NCBI GenBank assembly: GCA_963837165.1
Contig: CAWIMD010000002.1
Coordinates: 903,029 to 967,028, forward strand
Reading direction: 5' to 3'
From: Vicinamibacteria bacterium
Lineage (GTDB): Bacteria; Acidobacteriota; Vicinamibacteria; Vicinamibacterales; JAENWD01
Length of the DNA: 64,000 nt
In this document: positions 13,351 through 22,631 of the stretch, one piece after another
How the letters are laid out: each line of letters begins with the position of its first letter
Position numbering within the stretch: the first letter of the stretch is position 1
Notes under the pieces: model-generated
Told to the model about the DNA's origin: nothing
What the model saw: only the letters and a program-made list of their open reading frames with translations
Database searches by the model: none
Translations under genes and position numbers: made by a program

Positions 13351-14190
13351 ATGGACGTCCTGGCGGCGCTCGCTGAGGCCATGGCTCGCGGCGAGGCGGC
13401 AGCGCTGGTCACCATCGTCGCCGCGCATGGATCCACGCCGCAGCGCGTGGGTGCCAAGCTGCTGGTGTTTGCCGACGGCCGCACGGTGGGCACGATTGGC
13501 GGTGGCTGCTACGAGCACGACGCGTTCTGGAAGGCGCGCGAGGCGCTGAAGACGCATCGGCCCCAGCTCGTCCACTACCAGCTCACCGACGACCTGGCCG
13601 AGGAGTCGGGACTCATTTGCGGAGGCCGGATGGACGTGTTCATCGAGCCGATCGAACCGGCGCCGCGCCTGTACCTGCTCGGAGCCGGCCATGTCGGCTA
13701 CGAGCTCGGCCAGATGGCGACGGGCGTCGGGTTCCGTCTCCACGTCGCCGACGACCGCGAGAAGTTCGCCAACCGAGAGCGGTTTCCCTCCGCCGACGAG
13801 ATCGTCGTCGAGGACCTCGCGACGTGGGCCGCCGGAGCCGACCTGCCGCCGGCGTCGTACGTCATCGTGCTCACGAGGGGCCACCGGCAGGACTACGACG
13901 TGCTGCGCGCCCTGGCCGGACGTCGGTTCCGCTACGTGGGCCTCATCGGCAGCCGCGCCAAGGTGGCCCGCCTGACCGTGGCCCTCGTCGAGGCGGGCGT
14001 GTCGTCGGACTGGCTGCAGGGGCTGCACGCGCCCATCGGCTTCGACATCGGCGCCGTCTCGCCGTCCGAGATCGCGGTCGCCATCCTGGCCGAGCTGATT
14101 GCCGTCCGCCGCGGCAAGCTGGAAGGCGCCGAGCGCGCAGTACGGTCGCTGCAGTGGACCGCGCCCGCCGTCCAGAAGTCCCCCGTGTAA
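13351..14190 (+). CDS. XdhC/CoxI-family molybdoenzyme maturation factor
   Basis: 279 aa. N-terminal XdhC_CoxI-like region (ALVTIVAAHGSTPQRVGAKLLV..DGRTVGTIGGGCYE) and a Rossmann-like C-domain (LYLLGAGHVGYELGQMA). No xanthine or CO dehydrogenase subunits in the window. Confidence 0.85.
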   Translation: MDVLAALAEAMARGEAAALVTIVAAHGSTPQRVGAKLLVFADGRTVGTIGGGCYEHDAFWKAREALKTHRPQLVHYQLTDDLAEESGLICGGRMDVFIEPIEPAPRLYLLGAGHVGYELGQMATGVGFRLHVADDREKFANRERFPSADEIVVEDLATWAAGADLPPASYVIVLTRGHRQDYDVLRALAGRRFRYVGLIGSRAKVARLTVALVEAGVSSDWLQGLHAPIGFDIGAVSPSEIAVAILAELIAVRRGKLEGAERAVRSLQWTAPAVQKSPV

Positions 14191-14197
14191 CCGCTGC

Positions 14198-16687
14198 TCA
14201 CCGCAGCGTCAGGCGTTCGATTGCAATTCCCAGAGTGCGCCTGTCTGCCCCGCCCGGCCTGTGGGTGTCGCTCAGGATCTCGATCTCGGCCCAGTAGCCC
14301 TTCGGCCGGCAGTGCCCCAGATCGACGCTGCGCGACCACGCCCCCGACGGAATTCCCTGGTCGAGCGCCGCGCAGCCGTCGACGAGCGCCTGCAGCCGGG
14401 TCGTCGGCCGCCCGGTGAACCGCACCGACAGGTCCAGCGTTCGCGGCGCCCGCGCCGGATCGATCGGCACGTCGATCACCGCCCGCCCGTTCGTCCACCG
14501 AAACGGGCGACGGTCACCCGACTCGGTGCCGTACAGGCCGTGCTGGAGTGTCCCGGCCGCCTGGGCCTGCTCGGGCACGAGGTTCACCGGTGAGGACACG
14601 GGGGCCGGCGCCGCTCGCGATTGCACCAGCTGCCCGTCGTGGCGGGGATCGAGCAGAAACACCTGCAGGTGGTTGGCGCCGCTCACCAGGCTCGACGGCG
14701 GAATCATGGCGTACCAGCGCATGGTGCCGCTGCCTGGCACGGTCGTGGCGACGATCCGGTCGTTGACGGCAACCGCGAGGCCGGACGGCTCCGTGCCGGC
14801 GTCTGGCGAGCGCTCGAGGGTGCCGGTCACCTGGACCGGCAATGCGGCCGCCGACAGGTTCACGTTCTCGAGCGCGAGCGGCCGGGCCAGACGCACGTCC
14901 CAGCCAGTGGCGTTGTCGACCCGCTCGAGAGCCGGGACGTCGCGGCCGATCAGATCCGGCACTCCCGGGACGAGCAGCGCCGGCCAGCGGCGGTCGCCGA
15001 AGAGGCCTTCCTGCCGATCCAGTGCGGCCCGCTGGAGCGCCGTGAGGGCGTCGGGCGAGTACGTGACCATCCTCGTGGCCTTCGCCCTGTACACCCGCAC
15101 CTCCCGGTCCGCCGCCGCGCTCGTGAGCAGGGATCGGCCGTCCGGCTCGAACGGCAGCTCGAGGTCGATGGCATCGGCAATCGTCGGCAGGATGTCCACG
15201 GTCTGCGCCCGCCGGTCGTCCACGGCCTGCGCCATCCGCTGTCCCGGGAGCTTGACGATGAGGGGCACGGGCACGATGTCGCCGGCGTTGGTGTCAGTCA
15301 GGTCTCGCATCGCATCGCCCGGGCGGAACGATGCGCCGTGGTCGGCGGTCACGACCACCAGGGCGCGGTCGTACATCTCTTGCTGCACGAGCCGATCGAC
15401 GAGCCAGCCAACCACTGTGTCGGCCAGCTCGGCCTGGAGCAGATGTCCCTGGAAGTGCTCGGCGACCGCCACTGCATCCTGGGGCCATCGCCCGTTCTGG
15501 AGCGGGGCCGGCACGTCTTCGCGCTCGGCGATCACCTGGCCAGACGGCAGCCATCGAGGCGGATGGTGGGAGATCAGCGTGTGCAGGAAGTAGAGGGTCG
15601 GCTGCCCGTCCTCGCGCGAGATGCCGTCGACGAACGCGCGGACCTGTCGGATGCGCTCGAGTCCGACCTGCGCGTCACGATCCGCCGGCAGGCCGCCCGG
15701 ACGGTCGCTGCCGTCGGCGTCCGAGGCAGCATCGAAGTTCGCCCAGCCCTGCGTCAGGCTCGGCAGCCACTGGCGGGCCGCTGGAGGCAGGAAGACATAG
15801 GCGGCGACGACCCGCACGTCCCGGAGCTCGCTCCCCAGGCGAGCCGTCCGCGTGTCGGTGCCGGGGCCGCAGAGCGTCTGCGGGCAGACGGCGGTGACCG
15901 GCTCCCGGACCTCGAGGCGATAGTCGGCCGACAGCGCGGTGAAGACCGAGCGCGGGTGATCGCGAGCCGTCGGCGTCGTGTCGGGCCGCGGGTACCGGCC
16001 CGTCAGGATCGCCGGCAGCGCCCACTGGGTGAAGTCGCTCACCGTGGTGGCGTGCCGGTACCAGGTGCCGTCGCGGGCGAGCGCCGTCAGATGGGGGTAC
16101 CGGCCGGCGTCCAACGCACCGTCGCGTCCCAGCAGGGACGTGAGCGACATCTCGTCGAAGACGACCACGACGACCGGAGCGGGCGAGGCGGCGTGCGCGC
16201 CGGGCTCTGCGGTCGCGGCGTTCCACAGCAGCGACCGCATTCCCGGCGCCAGCAGGAACAGCACGGGGACGATCAGGATGGCGGGCACCAGCAGCGCCAG
16301 AAACGTGCGGACCGGCGACACGCGATGCCAGGCGGCGGCCACCAGCGCGGCGGCACTCAGCGCAACCGCGATGCTGGCGGGCCACCCGGTGATGCCGGCC
16401 GAGTAGGCGGCCTCCAGCGCTGCCGGCGCGGTGACCAGGCCGATGGCCGTCGCCGCCACCACGACGCCGACTCGCCGCCCGGCCAGGAGGCCGGCCAGGG
16501 CCAGGCCCCAGAGCAGGAGCGGGAACGCCAGTGCCAGGACGGCCGTCAGGATCAGGATGTCGAGCGGGTCGGCGCGGTGGGCGACGAAGAACTCCGGGGA
16601 CCCGCCGAGGGGCCCGAGCACGGGCTGCAGCACCGCCACGGCCCACCCACCCAGCAGGGCCGCGAGCCAGGCCACCGGACGCCTCAT
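14198..16687 (-). CDS. polytopic membrane protein with alkaline-phosphatase/sulfatase-superfamily (LTA-synthase-like) domain and an uncharacterised ~250 aa C-terminal region
   Basis: 829 aa. About 5 N-terminal TM helices, then VVVVFDEMSLTSLL ... LVVVTADHGASFRPG ... VDILPTIADAI, typical of sulfatase-like transferases. I do not recognise the C-terminal part. Confidence 0.7.
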   Translation of the reverse strand: MRRPVAWLAALLGGWAVAVLQPVLGPLGGSPEFFVAHRADPLDILILTAVLALAFPLLLWGLALAGLLAGRRVGVVVAATAIGLVTAPAALEAAYSAGITGWPASIAVALSAAALVAAAWHRVSPVRTFLALLVPAILIVPVLFLLAPGMRSLLWNAATAEPGAHAASPAPVVVVVFDEMSLTSLLGRDGALDAGRYPHLTALARDGTWYRHATTVSDFTQWALPAILTGRYPRPDTTPTARDHPRSVFTALSADYRLEVREPVTAVCPQTLCGPGTDTRTARLGSELRDVRVVAAYVFLPPAARQWLPSLTQGWANFDAASDADGSDRPGGLPADRDAQVGLERIRQVRAFVDGISREDGQPTLYFLHTLISHHPPRWLPSGQVIAEREDVPAPLQNGRWPQDAVAVAEHFQGHLLQAELADTVVGWLVDRLVQQEMYDRALVVVTADHGASFRPGDAMRDLTDTNAGDIVPVPLIVKLPGQRMAQAVDDRRAQTVDILPTIADAIDLELPFEPDGRSLLTSAAADREVRVYRAKATRMVTYSPDALTALQRAALDRQEGLFGDRRWPALLVPGVPDLIGRDVPALERVDNATGWDVRLARPLALENVNLSAAALPVQVTGTLERSPDAGTEPSGLAVAVNDRIVATTVPGSGTMRWYAMIPPSSLVSGANHLQVFLLDPRHDGQLVQSRAAPAPVSSPVNLVPEQAQAAGTLQHGLYGTESGDRRPFRWTNGRAVIDVPIDPARAPRTLDLSVRFTGRPTTRLQALVDGCAALDQGIPSGAWSRSVDLGHCRPKGYWAEIEILSDTHRPGGADRRTLGIAIERLTLR

Positions 16688-16765
16688 GAACGGCGGAGTG
16701 TAGCACGGCCGTTCGCGCTCCCAGACGCCTCCGGGACTCCCGCAACGGTCCGCGCCGGCAGGCAG

Positions 16766-16771
16766 TATAAT
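16766..16771 (+). promoter_or_regulatory. candidate -10 box (perfect TATAAT) of the hrcA operon
   Basis: TATAAT lies 12 nt upstream of the CIRCE element. No convincing -35 seen. Confidence 0.45.
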
Positions 16772-16783
16772 GGGAGCCTCGGG

Positions 16784-16810
16784 TTAGCACTCAGGCAACG
16801 CGACTGCTAA
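16784..16810 (+). promoter_or_regulatory. CIRCE operator (HrcA binding site)
   Basis: TTAGCACTC-aggcaacgc-GACTGCTAA versus consensus TTAGCACTC-N9-GAGTGCTAA (1 mismatch). Directly abuts the hrcA ATG at 16811. Confidence 0.88.
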
Positions 16811-17863
16811 ATGACTGGCATGCCGTTGAGTTCGCGTTCGGGCCGGATCCTGGCGACCGTGGTGCGGGAGTACATCCACACCGGCGAGCCGGTGGCCTCG
16901 ATCGTCATCGCGCGCCGGGGCACCCTCGGGGTGTCGTCCGCGACCGTGCGCAACGTGCTGGCCCGCCTCGAGGAGCAGGGGTTCGTGCGCCAGCCGCACA
17001 CGTCATCGGGCAGGGTTCCGACCGACCGCGGCTACCGGTTCTATGTGGATCTGCTGCTGGAGCATCGCCGGCCGGCCGGCCGGCCCGGCGTGATGGAGTC
17101 CATTCGCCAGGCGACCACCGACGAGCCGTCGGTCGACGCGCTGCTGGCCGGGGTCTCGAAGATCCTCTCGCAGCAGTCGCACCACCTCGGCTTCGCGCTG
17201 GCGCCGGCCCCCGAGGAGCAGCGCCTGCAGAAGATCGAATTCGTCGCCCTGGGCGGTCCGCGCGTGCTCGTGATCGCCGTGGCCGAGGGCAATCAGGTCA
17301 CGCAGAAGGTCGTCGATGCCGGCGAGGCGCTCTCGCCGGAAGACCTGCGGCGTGCCGCCGAGTACGTGAACCGCGATTTCGCCGGACTCCCGATGGAGAC
17401 GGTCCGTGCCGCCATCCTGGCGCGGCTGCAGGAGGCGCGCGGCCTCTACGACGAGCTGATGGCGCGCGCGTTCCGCATGGCCGAGCGCGTCTTCGACACC
17501 CGCGCGGCCGAGCACGCGCTCTACGTGGACGGCACGGCCTCGCTGTTCGGCGAGGTGGGCCAGCAGCACGCCGAGGTGTCGATCGAGACCCTGCGCGCGC
17601 TGGTGGAGATGATCGAGGAAAAGCAGCGCCTCGTACGGCTCCTGACCGAGTATCTCGACGCGCCGGGACTGGCTGTCGTGATCGGGGCCGAACACGCGCT
17701 GGCCGACCTGAAGCCGTTCAGCCTGGTGGCCGCGTCGTACCTGGACGGCCGCAAGGGCGGGAGCGTCGGCGTCATCGGGCCCACGCGCATGCGGTACTCG
17801 CGGGCGATCAGCCTCGTCGAGAACGCCGCCCGTGCCGTCGGCGATGCGCTCAGCGGCAACTGA
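16811..17863 (+). CDS. hrcA: heat-inducible transcription repressor HrcA
   Basis: 350 aa. N-terminal winged helix (ILATVVREYIHTGEPVASIVIA..SSATVRNVLARLEEQGFVRQPHTSSGRVPTDRGYRFYVD). CIRCE upstream, grpE downstream. Alternative ATG at 16820. Confidence 0.95.
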   Translation: MTGMPLSSRSGRILATVVREYIHTGEPVASIVIARRGTLGVSSATVRNVLARLEEQGFVRQPHTSSGRVPTDRGYRFYVDLLLEHRRPAGRPGVMESIRQATTDEPSVDALLAGVSKILSQQSHHLGFALAPAPEEQRLQKIEFVALGGPRVLVIAVAEGNQVTQKVVDAGEALSPEDLRRAAEYVNRDFAGLPMETVRAAILARLQEARGLYDELMARAFRMAERVFDTRAAEHALYVDGTASLFGEVGQQHAEVSIETLRALVEMIEEKQRLVRLLTEYLDAPGLAVVIGAEHALADLKPFSLVAASYLDGRKGGSVGVIGPTRMRYSRAISLVENAARAVGDALSGN

Positions 17864-17893
17864 TCCGTTTCACCGTTCTCATCATCATTCGAC

Positions 17894-18460
17894 ATGACCG
17901 CGGACGTGAACGACGTGAACGTACCCATCGACCAGGACGACCCGCAGGACGGCCTCGACGTGGACTCCCGCGCCACCGGCCCGGCCGCCGACGAGGCCAG
18001 CGCCTCCCCCGCCGACCCGGCGCAGCTCGCCGAGGAGCGCGACGCGCTGCGCGAACGGCTGCTCCGCACCGCTGCCGAGTTCGACAACTACCGCAAGCGC
18101 GTCGAGCGGGAGCGCCGCGAGGTCAGCGAGCGCGCGGCCGAAGGCCTGCTGGGCGAGCTGCTGCCGATCGTGGACGACCTCGAGCGCGCGCTGGCCGCCG
18201 ATGCCGGCGACGAGAGCGCCCAGGCGTACCGTCGCGGCGTCGAGCTCATCCACCGGCAGCTCATGGATCTGCTCACGCGGCGCGGCGTGAGGCCGATCGA
18301 CACGGTGGGCCAGGACTTCGATCCGCACCTGCATCAGGCTGTCGTGACCGAGCCGGCCCCGGACCGCCGCGACGGGGAGATCCTCGCGGAGCTGAGGCGC
18401 GGCTACATGCTCGGGGACCGACTGCTCCGGCCGGCCATGGTGAAGGTGGCGCACGCGTGA
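17894..18460 (+). CDS. grpE: nucleotide exchange factor GrpE
   Basis: 188 aa. RTAAEFDNYRKRVERERRE and C-terminal FDPHLHQAV..GYMLGDRLLRPAMVKV. Confidence 0.95.
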   Translation: MTADVNDVNVPIDQDDPQDGLDVDSRATGPAADEASASPADPAQLAEERDALRERLLRTAAEFDNYRKRVERERREVSERAAEGLLGELLPIVDDLERALAADAGDESAQAYRRGVELIHRQLMDLLTRRGVRPIDTVGQDFDPHLHQAVVTEPAPDRRDGEILAELRRGYMLGDRLLRPAMVKVAHA

Positions 18461-19602
18461 GCAAGCGCGACTACTACGAGGTTCTCGGGGTCGAGCGGAA
18501 CGCCGCCGATCAGCAGCTGAAGGCCGCCTACCGCAAGCTGGCGCTCCAGTACCACCCCGACCGCAACCAGGGCAGCAAGGACGCCGAGGAGAAGTTCAAG
18601 GAGGCGGCCGAGGCCTACTCGGTCCTCTGCGATCCGAACAAGCGCGCCGCGTACGACCGCTTCGGCCACGCCGGCCTCAGCGCGCAGGGCGCCGGCGGCT
18701 TCGACCCGTCGGCCTTCGTCGGCTTCGAGGACATCCTCGGCGGGCTGGGCGACTTGTTCGGCTTCGGCGACCTGTTCGGCGGCGGCCGGCGCTCGGGCGG
18801 AGCACACCAGGGCGCCCACCTGCGGTACGACCTGGAAATCAGCTTCGAGGAGGCGGCCAGGGGCACCGAGACCTCGGTGCAGTTCCCCCGTGCGGAAACC
18901 TGCGATACCTGCCGGGGCACCGGCGCGGCCGCAGGCACCGGGCGCACGGCCTGCCCCGCCTGCGGAGGCCGCGGACAGCTGCGCTACCAGCAGGGCTTCT
19001 TCACCGTGGCCCGCACCTGCGGGCAGTGCCGCGGCACGGGGCAGATCATCGCCAAACCGTGCGCGACCTGTCACGGCGACGGCCGCCTCATGCGCGAACG
19101 GAAGCTGACGGTGAAGATCCCACCCGGCATTGCCACGGGCCAGCGGCTCCGGCTGCAGGGCGAGGGAGAGCACGGGGCGGCCGGCGGCCCTCCGGGCGAT
19201 CTCTACGTCGTCGTCCAGGTGCAGGAGCATTCGTTCTTCCACCGCGACGGCAACGATCTGCACTGCGAGCTGCAGGTGCCCTTCACCACGCTCGCGCTCG
19301 GGGGCGAGATCGAGGTGCCGTCGCTGCTCGGCGAGCCCGACACCATGAAGGTGAGCGACGGCACGGCGGCGGGCACGGTGCTGCGCCTGCGCGGCAAGGG
19401 CATGCCGGACGTCTCGGGCCGCGGCCGGGGTGACCTCCTGGTCAGCGTGCAGGTCGCGGTGCCGAAGAAGCTCACCCGCGAACAGCGCCAGCTGCTGGAA
19501 CAGGTGGCCGCCGCGATGCCGCCCGGCCAGCTCGAGCCGACGCCCACCGGCGCACACGGCGACCGGAACCTGTTCGAACGCGTGAAGGACATCTTCGGCT
19601 GA
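18457..19602 (+). CDS. dnaJ: molecular chaperone DnaJ
   Basis: 381 aa. J-domain (DYYEVLGV...HPDRN), G/F region, four CxxCxGxG zinc motifs. GTGA start/stop overlap with grpE. Confidence 0.97.
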   Translation: MSKRDYYEVLGVERNAADQQLKAAYRKLALQYHPDRNQGSKDAEEKFKEAAEAYSVLCDPNKRAAYDRFGHAGLSAQGAGGFDPSAFVGFEDILGGLGDLFGFGDLFGGGRRSGGAHQGAHLRYDLEISFEEAARGTETSVQFPRAETCDTCRGTGAAAGTGRTACPACGGRGQLRYQQGFFTVARTCGQCRGTGQIIAKPCATCHGDGRLMRERKLTVKIPPGIATGQRLRLQGEGEHGAAGGPPGDLYVVVQVQEHSFFHRDGNDLHCELQVPFTTLALGGEIEVPSLLGEPDTMKVSDGTAAGTVLRLRGKGMPDVSGRGRGDLLVSVQVAVPKKLTREQRQLLEQVAAAMPPGQLEPTPTGAHGDRNLFERVKDIFG

Positions 19603-19603
19603 C

Positions 19604-20467
19604 GTGGCGGCCAGCATCCCCGCGATCGAGCTGCACTTCCCCGATCCATCCGGCCAGCCGGATCTCCTCGACCTGGCGAGCGGGATTCTCGACGAGATCG
19701 GCGTCGTGGCCGTCCACGAGATCGGCCCCGACCAGGCGCCGGTCTGGCGGGTGTTCGTTGCCAATCCCGCCGGGCACGCACGGGCCGAGGCACGTCTGCA
19801 CGCCGCGCTCGGACCGCGTGGTGTCGCCGTGCAGCCGGTCTCTGTCGAGGACGAGGACTGGGCGGCACGGTCGCAGGCGGATCTGCGCCGGGTGGCGGTC
19901 GGCCGCCTCGTCGTGGCGCCTCCCTGGGACCTGCCGCCCGAGCCCGGAGGCGAGGCGCGAACGATCGTCATCCAGCCGTCGATGGGATTCGGCACCGGCC
20001 ATCACGAGACGACCAGGCTCTGCCTGCTGCTGCTGCAGCAGGTGCGGCTGGCCGGCCGGCGCGTCCTGGATGTCGGGACCGGCTCGGGCGTGCTCGCGCT
20101 GGCGGCCGCGCGCCTCGGCGCGACCGACGTCGAAGGCATCGACTGCGACGAGGATGCGCTGGCCGCAGCGCGCGACAACATCGTCCTGAACCGGCTGGAG
20201 GACCGCGTGCGCCTGCGTGCCGCAGACCTGCGGGACGCCGCGCTCGATCCCGCCGATGTCGTGGTCGCCAACCTGACGGGGGCGCTGCTGGTGGCGCGGG
20301 CGGCCGGCCTGGCGGCCTTGCTGTCTCCCGGCGGGACGCTGGTCGCCAGTGGATTCCTCGAGGACGAGGTGCCCGCCGTGCTCGAGGCCTTTGCCGGGCG
20401 GCTCTCGACGCCTGCGCTCGTCCGTGAAGGTGACTGGGGCGCCTTCCAGGCCGACGCGCGCACCTGA
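19604..20467 (+). CDS. prmA: ribosomal protein L11 methyltransferase
   Basis: 287 aa. IQPSMGFGTGHHETTRLCL and SAM motif VLDVGTGSGVLALAAARLGA. Same position after dnaJ as in the B. subtilis dnaK operon. Confidence 0.9.
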   Translation: MAASIPAIELHFPDPSGQPDLLDLASGILDEIGVVAVHEIGPDQAPVWRVFVANPAGHARAEARLHAALGPRGVAVQPVSVEDEDWAARSQADLRRVAVGRLVVAPPWDLPPEPGGEARTIVIQPSMGFGTGHHETTRLCLLLLQQVRLAGRRVLDVGTGSGVLALAAARLGATDVEGIDCDEDALAAARDNIVLNRLEDRVRLRAADLRDAALDPADVVVANLTGALLVARAAGLAALLSPGGTLVASGFLEDEVPAVLEAFAGRLSTPALVREGDWGAFQADART

Positions 20468-20536
20468 CCCGTCGGAGGGGTTGCGGCTGACACGAGATCG
20501 CCGGTAGGCTCTCGCCCATCCGAACGCGTCCCCGAG

Positions 20537-21880
20537 GTGCCCATGTCACGCCGCGGTCTCCTGCCGGTCCTGTTCGTCCTGCTCCTGTCGTTTCGCGGAT
20601 CGGCCGAGCGCCTCGGCTACCCGCCTTCGGAGTTCATCGCGAGGCGCCAGGCGCTGGCTCACTCCCTCACGGCGGGCACCGCCGTGCTGTTCGGGAGCAC
20701 GATGCCTGCCAACGGCGAGCGCTTCCGGCAGGACAACGACTTCTACTACTTCACCGGCAACGAGGACCTGAACGCCGTCCTGGTGCTGGACGCCGCGACC
20801 GCCCGGTCGTGGCTGTTCCTGCCGGAACAGGGCCCGTCGGAGATTCGGTCCGACGGGCGGAACTGGCTGTCGCAGGGCGACCAGTCGGCGCACTGGGGCT
20901 TCGACGCCATCGAGCCGCTCGGCACCCTGACCGAGTTCCTCGCGCGGCGCCGCGGCAGCGGTGCCTCGCCGGTGCTCTGGACGCGACTCTCCGAGCGCGA
21001 CGAGGTGGACGACAGCCGCGGCGACAAGGCGGTGAACCTGGCGCGCCGGTTCAACAACCCGTTCGGCGCACAGCCGAGCGAGGACGCCTGGCGCGCGGAG
21101 ACGATCCGCGCGCGCTACCCCTTCTACGACGTCAGGGACGTCACGCCGGCGGTCGACGCGTTGCGGGTCATCAAGTCGCCTCGCGAGATCGCGGTGCTGA
21201 CGCTGAACGGCCGGCTCAGCGCGGAGGCCATCAACCGCGCAATTGCCATCACGCGGCCCGGGCGGTTCGAGTACGAGCTCGAGGCGGAAGCCACCTATCA
21301 CCTGTTCAGGAATGGCGTGCAGGGCAACGGCTACCCGGCCATCGTGGGCACCGGGCCGAACGTGAACGTCTGGCACTACCAGGACAACGGCCGCCAGATG
21401 ACGCCCGGCGATCTGGTGGTGATGGACTACGGGGGGTCGCTCGACTACCAGGTCATCGACATCACACGGACCTGGCCGGTGTCGGGCCGGTTCGACGACC
21501 TGCAGCTGCGCGCGTACCGCTGCGCGCTCGAGACGCAGCAGGCCATCATCGCCGCCATGCGCCCGGGCGCCACGCGCGAGCAGACGCGCGAGATCAGCCG
21601 GGCGATCTATGCGAGGTACGGCTATGCCGACCAGCGGCCGGCCTCGGCCGGCCACTTCGTCGGGATGAGCGTGCACGACGTGGGCAACTCCGCCGAGCCG
21701 TTCCGGCCGGGGATGGTGATTGCCGTCGAGCCGATCATCGAGCTGCCCGAGCACCATATCCACGTGCGGATCGAGGACACCGTGCTCGTGACCGATGGCG
21801 ACCCGGTCGTGCTGACCGCCGCGTCACCCAAGGATGTGGACGCGGTCCTGGCGCTGATGAAGAGCCGGGGCACGAAGTAG
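20537..21880 (+). CDS. secreted Xaa-Pro aminopeptidase (peptidase M24B)
   Basis: 447 aa. Signal peptide (LLPVLFVLLLSFRGSA), AMP_N-like N-domain, pita-bread metal ligand regions (VVMDYGGSLDYQVIDITRT, HFVGMSVHDVG, VIAVEPII...RIEDTVLVT). Confidence 0.85.
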   Translation: MPMSRRGLLPVLFVLLLSFRGSAERLGYPPSEFIARRQALAHSLTAGTAVLFGSTMPANGERFRQDNDFYYFTGNEDLNAVLVLDAATARSWLFLPEQGPSEIRSDGRNWLSQGDQSAHWGFDAIEPLGTLTEFLARRRGSGASPVLWTRLSERDEVDDSRGDKAVNLARRFNNPFGAQPSEDAWRAETIRARYPFYDVRDVTPAVDALRVIKSPREIAVLTLNGRLSAEAINRAIAITRPGRFEYELEAEATYHLFRNGVQGNGYPAIVGTGPNVNVWHYQDNGRQMTPGDLVVMDYGGSLDYQVIDITRTWPVSGRFDDLQLRAYRCALETQQAIIAAMRPGATREQTREISRAIYARYGYADQRPASAGHFVGMSVHDVGNSAEPFRPGMVIAVEPIIELPEHHIHVRIEDTVLVTDGDPVVLTAASPKDVDAVLALMKSRGTK

Positions 21881-21892
21881 CCGCCCGGGTCG

Positions 21893-22603
21893 ATGCACCG
21901 CTTCTACGCCCCCGACCTCGGCGAGACCGGCATGGCCGCGCCGCTTCCGGCCGAAGAGGCGCTGCACCTGCGCCGAGTGCTGCGGCTCGACGTCGGCGCC
22001 GCCGTCCGCGTGTTCGACGGGCGTGGTCGCGAGCACGAGGCGACCGTCGAGACCCTGACGCGGAGCGGGGCCATCGTCCGGGTGGGCGCGCGGGTGGACG
22101 CGGCGCCCGAGCCCGGCGTCCGCATCACCCTGGCCCAGGCACTCCTCAAGGCCGACAAGTTCGACGCGGTGATCCGTGATGCGACGATGCTTGGCGTGTG
22201 GCGGGTGCTGCCGCTGGCGACCTCGCACGTCGAGGCGCCGACGCTCGGCACACGCGTGGACCGGTGGCGGCGAATCGCGATCAGCGCGGCCAAGCAGTGC
22301 GGCCGCGCCGTGGTGCCTGCGATTGCCGAGCCGGTATCCCTCGGGGCCTGCCTGCGCGCGGCCGAGCGGCCCGTCATCCTGCTCGCCGAGCCCGCCGCGG
22401 GCCGCGGGGTGAGCGCGCTGCCCGCGCGGCCGGTTTCGGCCACCGTGCTGGCGGGGCCGGAAGGCGGCTGGGCGCCCGACGAAATCGCCGTCGCGGTCGA
22501 CGCGGGCGCGACGATCGTCACCCTGGGCGGCCGGACGCTGCGCGCCGACGCCATCCCGCTCGTCGCGCTCTCGATCCTGTTGCACCACTGGGACGCGTTG
22601 TAG
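21893..22603 (+). CDS. rsmE: 16S rRNA (uracil1498-N3)-methyltransferase
   Basis: 236 aa. MHRFYAPDL..., LLKADKFDAVIRDATMLGV, GPEGGWAPDEI, LGGRTLRADAIPL. Confidence 0.9.
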   Translation: MHRFYAPDLGETGMAAPLPAEEALHLRRVLRLDVGAAVRVFDGRGREHEATVETLTRSGAIVRVGARVDAAPEPGVRITLAQALLKADKFDAVIRDATMLGVWRVLPLATSHVEAPTLGTRVDRWRRIAISAAKQCGRAVVPAIAEPVSLGACLRAAERPVILLAEPAAGRGVSALPARPVSATVLAGPEGGWAPDEIAVAVDAGATIVTLGGRTLRADAIPLVALSILLHHWDAL

Positions 22604-22631
22604 CGGCGCAGAACCCGCTATACTGCGGGCG

